IMG/VR virus record: IMGVR_UViG_3300035698_025354
DNA length: 44,343 nucleotides
Direction: 5' to 3' (one strand)
Origin: a virus
Taxonomy: Duplodnaviria > Heunggongvirae > Uroviricota > Caudoviricetes
The notes under the pieces are model-generated. The model ran no database searches. It was not told where the DNA came from and was given only the letters and a program-made list of their open reading frames with translations. Positions 26,021-36,723 of this stretch are shown piece after piece (position 1 is the stretch's first letter; the number at the start of each line of letters is the position of its first letter). The position numbers and the translations under genes were made by a program.

Positions 26021-26897
26021 TTTTTATAATTCCGAGTTTGATTAATTTGGTTAGGCATTCATCTCTTTCACGACATTTAGTTTTGCCAGCCCATTCTTCG
26101 TGTTGGCAATCCATAAAATTTTGTTTTGTGAATGGTTTTGAAGCTTTGGAACACGCCATTAGATTACCAATTACTTTTGAGTCTAATCCAGTTAGGTATG
26201 TAGCATTCGATCTATAATCAACAAACGCGTCCCACACAGCTGGTAACAACGGTTTAATAATTTCCTCACCAATTATTTTAGCATATTGTTGTATCTCATA
26301 TTGTGCATGAGAATCTGCTCGAAGCGATATGAAGTGTAATAAATTATGTAAATCAATTTTCCAATACGCTTCAGTATATGTTGATAATGGAAGATCTTTT
26401 CTTGCCTGTTCACGTGCGATCCCAAAATCTAATCGGCTTTCGTAAACATCACGAGCGTACTTTTGAAATATAGCTTCCGTTTCCGTAAATTTTGCACCAT
26501 CTTTTTCTGGTAGTGATGCTCCACTTCCTTGTTTATTTGATTCTGCTTGTGTTCTCCATTCTCCAGGTTGCGTGGTTTGTGTAGAGTCAATTGCCTTTGA
26601 ATATCTTGTACTATATTCGTTGACATTTGCCGTTCTATGTCTGATCCATTGTCTCCAACAATCCATTGGAACACGCACTAAAAATTTTAATTCTACCATT
26701 TCAAATGGAGTGCTATGCCGATGTCTAAATAAATATCTGATTAAAGTTCTATCATCGGATACATGTTTTGTTCCATTACCATAACTGACACGAGCCGCTT
26801 GCACTATGCTTGAATCATCCCCCATTACATCAACTAAACATATGAAACCATCATTAAGAACATTAAATTTTTTCCACTTTAAATCTTCTACAGTCAT
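26013..26897 (-). CDS. thyX: flavin-dependent thymidylate synthase
   Basis: QAARVSY, HSTPFE, RQWIRHRTANVNEYSTRY, REQAR, LRADSHAQYEI. Confidence 0.96.
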   Translation of the reverse strand: MTVEDLKWKKFNVLNDGFICLVDVMGDDSSIVQAARVSYGNGTKHVSDDRTLIRYLFRHRHSTPFEMVELKFLVRVPMDCWRQWIRHRTANVNEYSTRYSKAIDSTQTTQPGEWRTQAESNKQGSGASLPEKDGAKFTETEAIFQKYARDVYESRLDFGIAREQARKDLPLSTYTEAYWKIDLHNLLHFISLRADSHAQYEIQQYAKIIGEEIIKPLLPAVWDAFVDYRSNATYLTGLDSKVIGNLMACSKASKPFTKQNFMDCQHEEWAGKTKCRERDECLTKLIKLGIIKNE

Positions 26898-26899
26898 TT

Positions 26900-27427
26900 T
26901 TAATCCTTGTCTGTGAATCTATTTTCTATTTCTATGTCTATGTCTGTTATGATTTCATTTTTTGCTCTTACAGCTAATTCATCACATCTTTCATTTAATT
27001 CATCGCCATCATGTCCTCTTACATATTTCATGGTGATTGAATCATGTTTTTTTATCAAAACATCTATTTCCATCCACAGATCTTCATTTATCAGCGGACC
27101 TTCTTTTCTTCTCCATCCTCTATTCTTCCAACCAACGATCCACCCTTTTTTACCGATTGGTTCATTGTTTTTCCAAGACCCAATGCCTTCTTGGACATAT
27201 TTACTATCTGTGTAAACCGTCACGTTGCATGGTCTTTTTAGGATTTTTATACTTTCAATGAATGCTTGAATTTCCATTCTGTTATTGGTTGTGTCTTGTA
27301 CACCACCAGATATTTCTTTTTTATGTGATCTTCCATTCCTTTTATACATGAGAATTGCTGCCCATCCACCTATTCTGGATGTGACGCTACATGCACCGTC
27401 TGTGTAAATTATAACTTTGTTTTTCAT
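26900..27427 (-). CDS. rnhA: ribonuclease HI
   Basis: IYTDGACS, TTNNRME, TDSKYV, NEDLW, VRGH..NERCD. Confidence 0.95.
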   Translation of the reverse strand: MKNKVIIYTDGACSVTSRIGGWAAILMYKRNGRSHKKEISGGVQDTTNNRMEIQAFIESIKILKRPCNVTVYTDSKYVQEGIGSWKNNEPIGKKGWIVGWKNRGWRRKEGPLINEDLWMEIDVLIKKHDSITMKYVRGHDGDELNERCDELAVRAKNEIITDIDIEIENRFTDKD

Positions 27428-27457
27428 TTTACCCCATTTCAGAGTTACAATACTTTT

Positions 27458-28504
27458 TTATGTTGCGTGAAGAACATGAGTATTGTTAAATATCTTATTG
27501 TCTTTTATATATTCTTCAACATCTTTAAGTTTTGTAAATTTTTTTGATGGATTTACATCACCACCACCAGCATGTGTTAACACAAAAAGTAATTCATCAA
27601 TTCCAATATCTTTTGATATTTTTTGTGCTACATTCATTGATTCAACATCATCATTTGTGTCAAATAAGATGTATTTCCATTTTATTTGACATTTACCCTT
27701 TTTAATAGAGCTATCCTTAAGAAATTGCATCGCTTTTTTGAAGTTACCACCACGTCTATATTTGGCATAACTATCCTGGTTTGAGCCATCTATTGAACAA
27801 TTAATCCATGTTAATTCTGAGTATTCATCTAAAAATTGTTGATTTGAATTAGTGTCCATCGACATCACAAGATTTGGCATTGCCTTTCTTGCGTACAAAA
27901 TCATTGCACCAAGATTTTTATGTAATGTTGGCTCGCCTCTTCCGACAAAAGCGATTCTTTGTAATTTAGTTTCATTATATATTATTGAGTCAATTATTCT
28001 TTTGAACCATTCTAACGGTAGAATATGTGGTTTTGGCTCTGTAGATAGTGGATTTGCATGTCTACCTTGCAAACACCCAGGGCATTTTAAATTACAGGGG
28101 AATGATGGTTCTATCTGTATTTCTGAAATATGATTTATCCATCCATCTGGTCTGATGGCATTTGAATAATGATCTAAAAATTTCTTTGCTTTATCTACTT
28201 TTTCTTGTATATCCACTTCTTCATGATCATCAAATCTTGAATGTTTTCCTCTGTTAATATCATACATGCAACAGCAATTCTTACATTCTTTTATATAGTA
28301 TTTGTTTTTCCTGAGTATTGAGGTTCTCATTTTCCTCATTTCTTCAGAATTAACTATGTCCCTTATAAAATCATTCCCGTCTATTGGTTTATGCAATACA
28401 GTGTGTTTCTCGCCATAGTCACACCAGCATGGTATCCTACCATTTGCTTTAACGTATACTCTATCCCACGCCCAACAAAATTTTGTATTTTCTAATTGAA
28501 GCAT
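27458..28504 (-). CDS. radical SAM protein with N-terminal SPASM/twitch-like domain
   Basis: CNLKCPGC, GRGEP, SIDG; N-terminal C...VKANGRIPCWC...CKNCC. Confidence 0.88.
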   Translation of the reverse strand: MLQLENTKFCWAWDRVYVKANGRIPCWCDYGEKHTVLHKPIDGNDFIRDIVNSEEMRKMRTSILRKNKYYIKECKNCCCMYDINRGKHSRFDDHEEVDIQEKVDKAKKFLDHYSNAIRPDGWINHISEIQIEPSFPCNLKCPGCLQGRHANPLSTEPKPHILPLEWFKRIIDSIIYNETKLQRIAFVGRGEPTLHKNLGAMILYARKAMPNLVMSMDTNSNQQFLDEYSELTWINCSIDGSNQDSYAKYRRGGNFKKAMQFLKDSSIKKGKCQIKWKYILFDTNDDVESMNVAQKISKDIGIDELLFVLTHAGGGDVNPSKKFTKLKDVEEYIKDNKIFNNTHVLHAT

Positions 28505-29454
28505 TGTAACCCACACCAGACCGTTTCACAAAAATTGTCCCAGTTATATTTGTTTTCTATTTCTACACGTGAGTTAATAGCTCTTTGCATTAAATATTTT
28601 TCATCTTTATTTAATAATTCCCTTATTGCACTAACACTTTGAGCAACATTATTTGCTATTAATTCGGTAAAAAATTCATCGTTGTAATACCCTGATTCCT
28701 TAGTGCAAGCAGTTATTAGCCCCCAAGCCCTAGATTCTAAAAGGGTGGTTGGATTTGCATCTGAAATACTTGTGCTGATGAATATATCAGATTCATCAAT
28801 TATCGATTGTGCGACTTTTTTTGTAAGATGCCTCCAACCTATAGCTTGCACATTTTTTAATTTAGCCAGTGGATGATCACCATCACCACCGTACCAATTC
28901 AATGTAATGTCTGGCATAGCTTTCATGATTTCAATCATCATACCAAGATTTTTTTGGGGCATGCTGCTGCCAATATAAGCTAATGTTCTTTTTCCCTTAA
29001 TATTAAATTTTTTTCTTAAAAAAGGAAAATGGTTTTTATCAACAGCCATGTCGATACGCGTCATTTTTGGTTTCCAATGTGCGAATTGTGTGTTTTGCAC
29101 ACTATCATACCAGTATGGACCACAAATTGAAAATATTTTATCAGCTTTTTTAGATATTTCATCAAATGGCCAATTATCTTCCGGTCTTTTATGGTGAAAT
29201 GGGTGGATAGTGCATTTTGCTTTAAATTTTAGGTCTCTTGCAAATACCTGTTGGGTTATTGTGCTTTTATCATAATGCGGATGACCTATAAACACTGTAT
29301 CCTCATCTGGTTCAGGAATATTTTTTGAGTCCCATACATCATATGTTACTTCAGCTCTGTCACTTAAATATTTGTGTAGGTGGCTTGTTATACAGTATGG
29401 TGAATCAATTCGACCAGAGTCTGGTTGGAATGCATATACTAAAAATATTTTCAT
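28492..29454 (-). CDS. GT-B glycosyltransferase (GT4-like)
   Basis: YIGSSMPQKN, DIFISTSISDANPTTLLES, KYNW. Confidence 0.85.
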   Translation of the reverse strand: MKIFLVYAFQPDSGRIDSPYCITSHLHKYLSDRAEVTYDVWDSKNIPEPDEDTVFIGHPHYDKSTITQQVFARDLKFKAKCTIHPFHHKRPEDNWPFDEISKKADKIFSICGPYWYDSVQNTQFAHWKPKMTRIDMAVDKNHFPFLRKKFNIKGKRTLAYIGSSMPQKNLGMMIEIMKAMPDITLNWYGGDGDHPLAKLKNVQAIGWRHLTKKVAQSIIDESDIFISTSISDANPTTLLESRAWGLITACTKESGYYNDEFFTELIANNVAQSVSAIRELLNKDEKYLMQRAINSRVEIENKYNWDNFCETVWCGLQCFN

Positions 29455-29804
29455 TTTTCTCTTCCGCTCCATCCTCGTTTTAATCCGTCAATAGATTCAC
29501 GTATGATCCATTCTTCGAGTTTACCAAGGGATTTAGGGTCTTGAATATCAACAGTAAATTGCTCGTCACAAACATTCCATTTTGTGAAAAACAAAATTTT
29601 GGAACCAACAAGTGAGCCTCTACATCTAATAAATATTCTGGTATTTCTTCTGTCATTACATTGTGATATTGTTATCTCACCATCTGGTTCATCATCACTG
29701 TTTGCATAACCACAACGATATTTTTTATTTAATTTACCATTAATTGATTTATATAAATCATGAGCGATAGCTTTTGCAATATTTTCTTCTTCTTCTTTAT
29801 TCAT
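29451..29804 (-). CDS. DxxDP family paralogue
   Basis: VDIQDPKSLGKL. Confidence 0.75.
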   Translation of the reverse strand: MNKEEEENIAKAIAHDLYKSINGKLNKKYRCGYANSDDEPDGEITISQCNDRRNTRIFIRCRGSLVGSKILFFTKWNVCDEQFTVDIQDPKSLGKLEEWIIRESIDGLKRGWSGREK

Positions 29805-29900
29805 TGCTTACTAATTCGTTCATGGTTTATATTATCTATTGTTATATACCAAAGTATTAATGTGTTTCGAGCAAACGAGAATGTTTTTAAGGTGTAATCT

Positions 29901-30380
29901 TCATTCTGATTCATCTGCTTCTTCAGGTTTATGTGGGGGATGATCGGCTGAAATAAGTTGAGATAATTCATCGTTGTTTAGATTTATCAAGTCTTTGTTT
30001 TGTAGGTGGTTTTGTAGGTGGTTTTGTAGGTGGTCCAACATGGCTTCAACATGATTATGTTCATTCAAAGTATTCTTTAATAATGCAAATACTTCATAAA
30101 TCCTATCTATATGCATCTTTTGAGTTAAATACCCAAGCATTAATGATGCTTCCGTAGCTCGCAATTTAACATGTAAATTTTTAACTTCATGCTCTAAAGC
30201 GTCTATATTAGTTTTTGCACCTTTTAGTTTTATTTTAGTAGCACAATGAGCATCTTTTAATGTTTCAGCTTCAGAACTTAATTGGATTACTCTGTTTTTA
30301 AGTGCTCCTTTTGAGTTTGCGTAATCTGTACCCCATAACATTTTGCATATAAAATTAAGCATGATTGTTCTTTTTTGCAT
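29901..30380 (-). CDS. coiled-coil hypothetical protein
   Basis: Heptad-like sequence; HLQN x3. Confidence 0.75.
   Translation of the reverse strand: MQKRTIMLNFICKMLWGTDYANSKGALKNRVIQLSSEAETLKDAHCATKIKLKGAKTNIDALEHEVKNLHVKLRATEASLMLGYLTQKMHIDRIYEVFALLKNTLNEHNHVEAMLDHLQNHLQNHLQNKDLINLNNDELSQLISADHPPHKPEEADESE
29997..30032. repeat. 12-bp intragenic tandem repeat x3 (HLQN)
   Basis: GTTTTGTAGGTG x3. Confidence 0.85.
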
Positions 30381-30690
30381 TTTTAACAGCCCTTTTATTT
30401 AAGCTCATTGATTCTTGGCGTATTCTTATTTTTTGATTAATAAATATGATTACGTTTGTTAAGTCTTCTTTATTGAGATCAAAAGTAATTTCTATTTGAG
30501 CTTGGCTATTTAAAACATGGATAAATCCATCATCGCGATAAGTTATCGCTAATACAACAACTTGTGTCAAGCCAGTGTTTTCGTACACTAAATAATCGTG
30601 TTTATATTTGTACTCTGTCGCAAAAGCATATTTTTTTATAATGTATCTTTCTGGTAATTGATCACTGATTATTTGGAGAATTTTATACAT
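30355..30690 (-). CDS. DxxDP family paralogue
   Basis: ILQIISDQLP...FDLNKEDLTNVI. Confidence 0.75.
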   Translation of the reverse strand: MYKILQIISDQLPERYIIKKYAFATEYKYKHDYLVYENTGLTQVVVLAITYRDDGFIHVLNSQAQIEITFDLNKEDLTNVIIFINQKIRIRQESMSLNKRAVKNAKKNNHA

Positions 30691-30695
30691 TGCAT

Positions 30696-31004
30696 TTAAA
30701 TTTCTCTGTGTCTGTCATTATCTAATTCAATCAAATCAATACTAATTTTCTTAAGGTGTTCCCCACATATTGAGAACTCATTAAATCCTTCATTGCTATA
30801 TTGTATGCAATATCTAAAAGAAATCTCGGTTGCTTTTAAGAATTCTGCTCGAAATTTATTCTTTAAAGTGGAACCTCTTTTAGTAAACCATTCAGGATGT
30901 TCTTCTCGACATTTTGTTATTTTCTCTTCTTTGCAAATATCACATGGACCATTGTGCACATCGCAATCAAGAGGTAAAGTATGAATTTCTGTTGTTTTAT
31001 TCAT
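30696..31004 (-). CDS. Cys-rich hypothetical protein
   Basis: CDICK, ICGEHL. Confidence 0.75.
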   Translation of the reverse strand: MNKTTEIHTLPLDCDVHNGPCDICKEEKITKCREEHPEWFTKRGSTLKNKFRAEFLKATEISFRYCIQYSNEGFNEFSICGEHLKKISIDLIELDNDRHREI

Positions 31005-31446
31005 TTTAACTTCTCAGCGTGTTGGCTACTCGGACTTTGATTTTTTTCCAGCATTCGTGCGTCAAAAAATGCCGAAGATCCATCTAAATTAATTATAGAA
31101 CTTATAAATCCTAATACGATGTCTTCTAAAAATTCAAATAACATTGCATTGCAATTTCCATCATTAAGATCAAATATATGAGCTTCCTGTGGAACATATG
31201 AAAAAATCCGTCTCCTTGTGACAATTGAATATGAACATTATTGTCTACTAAACGCAATGACAATTTACAGTATTCTCTGGCATCCATAACACTAATAATA
31301 ATTGCATCATGGTTGCCAAGAAATTTACATTCTATTTGTGGATCAAGATTTTCAACTAAAAAAGTGCGTATTTCTTGTATTATTATTTTATGTGTTTTGC
31401 TTTTTATCGTGGGAACCTTTCCCATAGTAGTGTATTTTGACATCAA
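31001..31446 (-). pseudogene. DxxDP family paralogue, frameshifted at a 6-nt homopolymer (31201-31206)
   Basis: The -1 frame reads SYVPQEAHIFDLNDGNCNAMLFEFL... and ends in ATGA overlapping the next start at 31004. Confidence 0.65.
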
Positions 31447-32462
31447 ATAATAACCTTTAGCATATTTATGAAACTATCAAGATTGCTTTCATGGTTAAAT
31501 ACTTTACCATGTTCTCTGATAACAGAACTACTACATGTTTTGCTGTTTACAGTTTCAATCCATTTGATATCATTTTTACACCAGCTTGTATTGCATGCAT
31601 TAGACAATCCGCTTGATACACTAAAAAATGCATGACAATTGTTAAATATTTCAGCACATTCTCTAATGCTTAACCCACCAACCCAATATACTTGTTTACC
31701 GAATTTATTTTTTAAATACTCAATGTCTCCACGTTTGTCTTTATGGCTTATTAATAGATTAAATGAATTGTCGCAAAGATATTCACCGACTCTTTTGGTC
31801 CATTCTGGGCTCCATTGTGTTTGTCCCGATTCCCCATGAATTTCCATAAGAATGTTTTTATTATCATTTTGGATTGAATTTAATAATCTTTTAGCATTGC
31901 TTATTTCAGTATCTGTTAATTTTAGAGTTGTTTCAAGATTATCGCATGGGACTCCCATATCCTCTAATGCTCTTACCCATGCTAAGATGAGATTTGTTCC
32001 CCATTCTGGATGTTTGATACTTGTCCACTTGTCTGGATTATACATCGGGTGAGGTGCTGAAATAATATCATAATTAGAATCTGCTATTAATTTTGGTACA
32101 GATAATGCCAAATTTATAGCATCGTTTTTAGAATTAACATTATGTTTTATAATATGATCAACAAATGGGTTATTATCAAAAGCGTTTCCATACAAATTAG
32201 ACGTATGTATGTCTAATATCGAATTCTTAAAATGTTCCTTTATTGGTTTTAACATTAATGTACTATTTATGTTGTCTCCCCAAGCACCTCCTTGTAGTAT
32301 AGCTATTTTTTTAATATCGTCTTTTTGATATTTTGGTATTTTAACCATCGGTTGTTGGGCTTGTTTTTGCGGTTTTTTTGGTATGATTTGTCTATTTGAT
32401 ATTTTTTGGGATGAGCACTTTTTTTGTATTGGTTGTCTTTTTATTCTTATTGCTTTTTTCAT
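31443..32462 (-). CDS. GT9-like (heptosyltransferase-fold) glycosyltransferase
   Basis: GAWGDNINST, FDNNPFVD, LSIRECAEI, FFSVSSG. Confidence 0.75.
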   Translation of the reverse strand: MKKAIRIKRQPIQKKCSSQKISNRQIIPKKPQKQAQQPMVKIPKYQKDDIKKIAILQGGAWGDNINSTLMLKPIKEHFKNSILDIHTSNLYGNAFDNNPFVDHIIKHNVNSKNDAINLALSVPKLIADSNYDIISAPHPMYNPDKWTSIKHPEWGTNLILAWVRALEDMGVPCDNLETTLKLTDTEISNAKRLLNSIQNDNKNILMEIHGESGQTQWSPEWTKRVGEYLCDNSFNLLISHKDKRGDIEYLKNKFGKQVYWVGGLSIRECAEIFNNCHAFFSVSSGLSNACNTSWCKNDIKWIETVNSKTCSSSVIREHGKVFNHESNLDSFINMLKVII

Positions 32463-33141
32463 TATTTAAATCAATATTTCTAAGTGAAATTTTTGTTTTT
32501 GGGTCTACTCTTCTTTCCAAAGAGTTGACTGACATATAATACAACACCATGTCTCTGTTGATAAGGCCGAATTTTTCACCACCGGCATACCATTTTTCCC
32601 ACATTTTAGCGTCACCAACTACATGATAATCGCCAAAGTACCCATATTTTTTATGAAGTGACCTTCTCCACATCGGGCTTGGGCCAGCTGTTGTGTTAGG
32701 ATATGTGTCTGATGGGATTTTGCTGACATGCTTCCAAGAAGTGTGGTCATATTGATTTGGGATGTCTGTTACTAAAATTTGCGATGTGACACAAGCGTAT
32801 GATTCATTATTATCAAGGAATTTAACACATTCTTTTAAATAATTTGGGTCCCACATATCATCAACATTTGAATTTATAATGTATTTAGAACTTGTCTCTT
32901 GAATTCCATTGTTCCATGATTTATATAATTTAACATGGTTATAATGAAATATTTCTGTTATATTATCGTTGTCAGAAAAGAATTCTTTGTAATAGTGTGA
33001 TTCTTTATCAAGATCTTGGCAATTCAATAATATTATATTACAATCTTTAAAGATAGTTTGTTTTTTTAAATTTTCAATTTTAGCCTCAATGAATTTACCA
33101 GCTTTGTAAATTGCGACTAGAACTGTTATTTTTCTATACAT
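32392..33141 (-). CDS. GT2 glycosyltransferase
   Basis: ITVLVAIY, WNNGI, NSNVDD, PMWRRSLHKKYGYF, GDAKMW. Confidence 0.88.
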   Translation of the reverse strand: MYRKITVLVAIYKAGKFIEAKIENLKKQTIFKDCNIILLNCQDLDKESHYYKEFFSDNDNITEIFHYNHVKLYKSWNNGIQETSSKYIINSNVDDMWDPNYLKECVKFLDNNESYACVTSQILVTDIPNQYDHTSWKHVSKIPSDTYPNTTAGPSPMWRRSLHKKYGYFGDYHVVGDAKMWEKWYAGGEKFGLINRDMVLYYMSVNSLERRVDPKTKISLRNIDLNNEKSNKNKKTTNTKKVLIPKNIK

Positions 33142-33923
33142 TTTATTAATTCTTTGTAATCATGTATCCAAGTTAAATTTTTATGCCATTTATGCTTATT
33201 TATAGGCTCTTCATACCTATATAGGTCATCTTTCCATAAGCAATTAATTTTTTTAGGTTGAAATTCTTCTTGAAGACCCATCGATGCACAGAAAAACCCA
33301 GAGCCAACTGAAAAAAAGATATCACAGAATCTTAGACTACATGTCACTTCTCTTCTTGTGAATCTTAGCATATTATCAACATTTTTATGTTTTGGTGCAT
33401 CTTGATTACTTAACCACAATATCCTATGTGTTGGTAAAAATTTTTCAATTATAGTATCAAATGCTTTTTTGTCAGCCCAACTTTGACCAGATGTGTAAAC
33501 TGATGTTATAGCAATAGTTGGTTGTTCTGTGTTTAATGATTCGGATTTTTCAATTTCTTGTTTTGATGGTATAAATATTGGTTTTTGATTAAAATCGTTT
33601 ATTCCTAGTGACTTTGCCACTAATTTTGGGGTATCAATCAAAGAATGGTTTGGGTTTTCTTTTTTAAATTCAAAAAATCTAATATTTTGCGTTATTTGTA
33701 TAAACTCACTGCAACCCATGGATTTTAATTTTTTCTCACCATGCCCCATGTCGGGGATGTCTACTATTTTAGATATCCACGGTAAATTGTAAAGTGCATC
33801 TTTGCAGTGTGGTCTTGTAGCAACCCATATTTCATCATTGAATTTTTCTTGTATTGCTTTAATTAATCCAGCATTAAAACATAGATCGCCGAACCCATGT
33901 GCTGATTCTACGCCTATTGGCAT
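33126..33923 (-). CDS. GT9-like glycosyltransferase
   Basis: HGFGDL, LYNLPWI, FFSVGSG; paralogue of 31443..32462. Confidence 0.7.
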   Translation of the reverse strand: MPIGVESAHGFGDLCFNAGLIKAIQEKFNDEIWVATRPHCKDALYNLPWISKIVDIPDMGHGEKKLKSMGCSEFIQITQNIRFFEFKKENPNHSLIDTPKLVAKSLGINDFNQKPIFIPSKQEIEKSESLNTEQPTIAITSVYTSGQSWADKKAFDTIIEKFLPTHRILWLSNQDAPKHKNVDNMLRFTRREVTCSLRFCDIFFSVGSGFFCASMGLQEEFQPKKINCLWKDDLYRYEEPINKHKWHKNLTWIHDYKELIKCIEK

Positions 33924-34615
33924 TATATTTCCTTATATTCTTGCACTTTTCGGTAGTAACATTCCCACTCCTCTGATGATATTGATCTGTTCCAAAGATT
34001 ATCCCCATCTCTCCAAAGGTATGTGGCTAAATTTACATCTACCCATTGGAATTTTGCTTTTCCGACGTGATAACATCTTGCCCACCAATCAGCGTCAGCG
34101 AGGGCTTTAAATTTGGTATCAAACAATCCAAATTTAGAATGTAATGATCTTTTCCACATTGGAAAATGGCCAACTCCGCCAATATTTATGTCCCCAGAGT
34201 AATGCCCCGGTTTTCCGGAATGATCTATCTGTTTTTGGCTTTCCCACTTTTGGTTTGCTAATGCTGTTGTGTTCCAACTACAATATGCAAAATCTGGTCC
34301 TGAATCTAATGTCTTAGACAATTTTTCATAACAATCTGGTGACACGATGTCATCAGTATTTCCGTTTGTAATATATTGACTATTTGAGTTTTCTATTATA
34401 TAATTCCAGGCTTCGTATACAGCATTTCTTTTAGGCAGCCTTACATATTTAAATGGGAATTTTTGTGGTATATCATGGTCTCTTTTGTCGGGGCTATCAG
34501 CATTGACGCACCATACTTCCATATCAATGTTTTTACATTCTGATAAATTTTCTAATCTATTTTGAATCCATTCACCAGAATTATATATTGAAACCATTAC
34601 AGTTAATTTTTTCAC
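33923..34615 (-). CDS. GT2 glycosyltransferase
   Basis: LTVMVSIYN, AWN, NGNTDD, PMWKRSLHSKFGLFD, ADADWW. Confidence 0.88.
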   Translation of the reverse strand: MKKLTVMVSIYNSGEWIQNRLENLSECKNIDMEVWCVNADSPDKRDHDIPQKFPFKYVRLPKRNAVYEAWNYIIENSNSQYITNGNTDDIVSPDCYEKLSKTLDSGPDFAYCSWNTTALANQKWESQKQIDHSGKPGHYSGDINIGGVGHFPMWKRSLHSKFGLFDTKFKALADADWWARCYHVGKAKFQWVDVNLATYLWRDGDNLWNRSISSEEWECYYRKVQEYKEI

Positions 34616-34630
34616 AAATTATGCCTTAAT

Positions 34631-36055
<1,425 letters not shown>

Positions 36056-36067
36056 TACCTTATGAGA

Positions 36068-36400
36068 TTATTTTATATCATCAACTATTTTTTGCAATGC
36101 GTCTTTTTCGTTTTTAGTCGCATTTAAATCGAATCTGAGGTGTGATAGTGTTAATCTTATGTCAGAAATAACTGATGATGTGTTTTCGATGACTGTGCTT
36201 TCCATTATAGCTATAGTCTCTTTAGCAGCATCAGTAGTGCATTTTGCAGCTACTGCCATCTGATTTTGCACAGAACCAATTTGTGCTAAAAATGGCTTTT
36301 GATAGCATTGTGGTAGTGCACCTACCATTTCTCTTAAAACATATAGATTATAATCAAGTAATTCATAATTATTCATTATTTCTTTTGCTCGATCATCCAT
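36068..36400 (-). CDS. helical hypothetical protein with FDLxAT motif
   Basis: IRLTLSHLRFDLNATKNEKD resembles a conserved small planctomycete protein (..KYLxFDLEATRRE..), from memory. Confidence 0.7.
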   Translation of the reverse strand: MDDRAKEIMNNYELLDYNLYVLREMVGALPQCYQKPFLAQIGSVQNQMAVAAKCTTDAAKETIAIMESTVIENTSSVISDIRLTLSHLRFDLNATKNEKDALQKIVDDIK

Positions 36401-36403
36401 ATG

Positions 36404-36589
36404 TTATGTTTTATCAGAATTTTTATTTTTTTCGTTTATTTCGGCTTGGACTTCCCCCCTGTTAACTGATATCTCTCTTGGGGCTGTAATACCAATGCGA
36501 ACTCTATTACCTTTTACTTCTATTATTTGAACTTCAATGTTTCCATTAATTATTATGGTTTCTTCTGGTTTTCTTGTCAGTACGAGCAT
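36404..36589 (-). CDS. csrA: carbon storage regulator CsrA/RsmA
   Basis: MLVLTRK..E.I.I...IEV.I..V.GN.VRIGITAPREISVNRGEV. Confidence 0.96.
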   Translation of the reverse strand: MLVLTRKPEETIIINGNIEVQIIEVKGNRVRIGITAPREISVNRGEVQAEINEKNKNSDKT

Positions 36590-36593
36590 TTTT

Positions 36594-36611
36594 TAACTTC
36601 CATGTAAGTTA
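36594..36611 (-). promoter_or_regulatory. CsrA-binding consensus over the csrA RBS
   Basis: mRNA UAACUU-ACAUGG-AAGUUA; ACAUGGAAGU matches (A/U)CANGGANG(U/A). Confidence 0.65.
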
Positions 36612-36616
36612 GTAAA

Positions 36617-36692
36617 AAATCAAGAAGTCATTGGTCTTGATTTAAAAATAGTGGCTGGATAACAATCCCGCTGGGGGGTATATCCAGCCACT
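36617..36692. terminator. two hairpins between 36724..37461 and csrA
   Basis: AAATCAAGA/TCTTGATTT (36617-36643) and AGTGGCTGGATA/TATCCAGCCACT (36650-36692), each followed by T-rich sequence on the minus strand. Confidence 0.6.
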
Positions 36693-36723
36693 TTTATTGT
36701 TAAAACAATGAATGATGTTGGCT

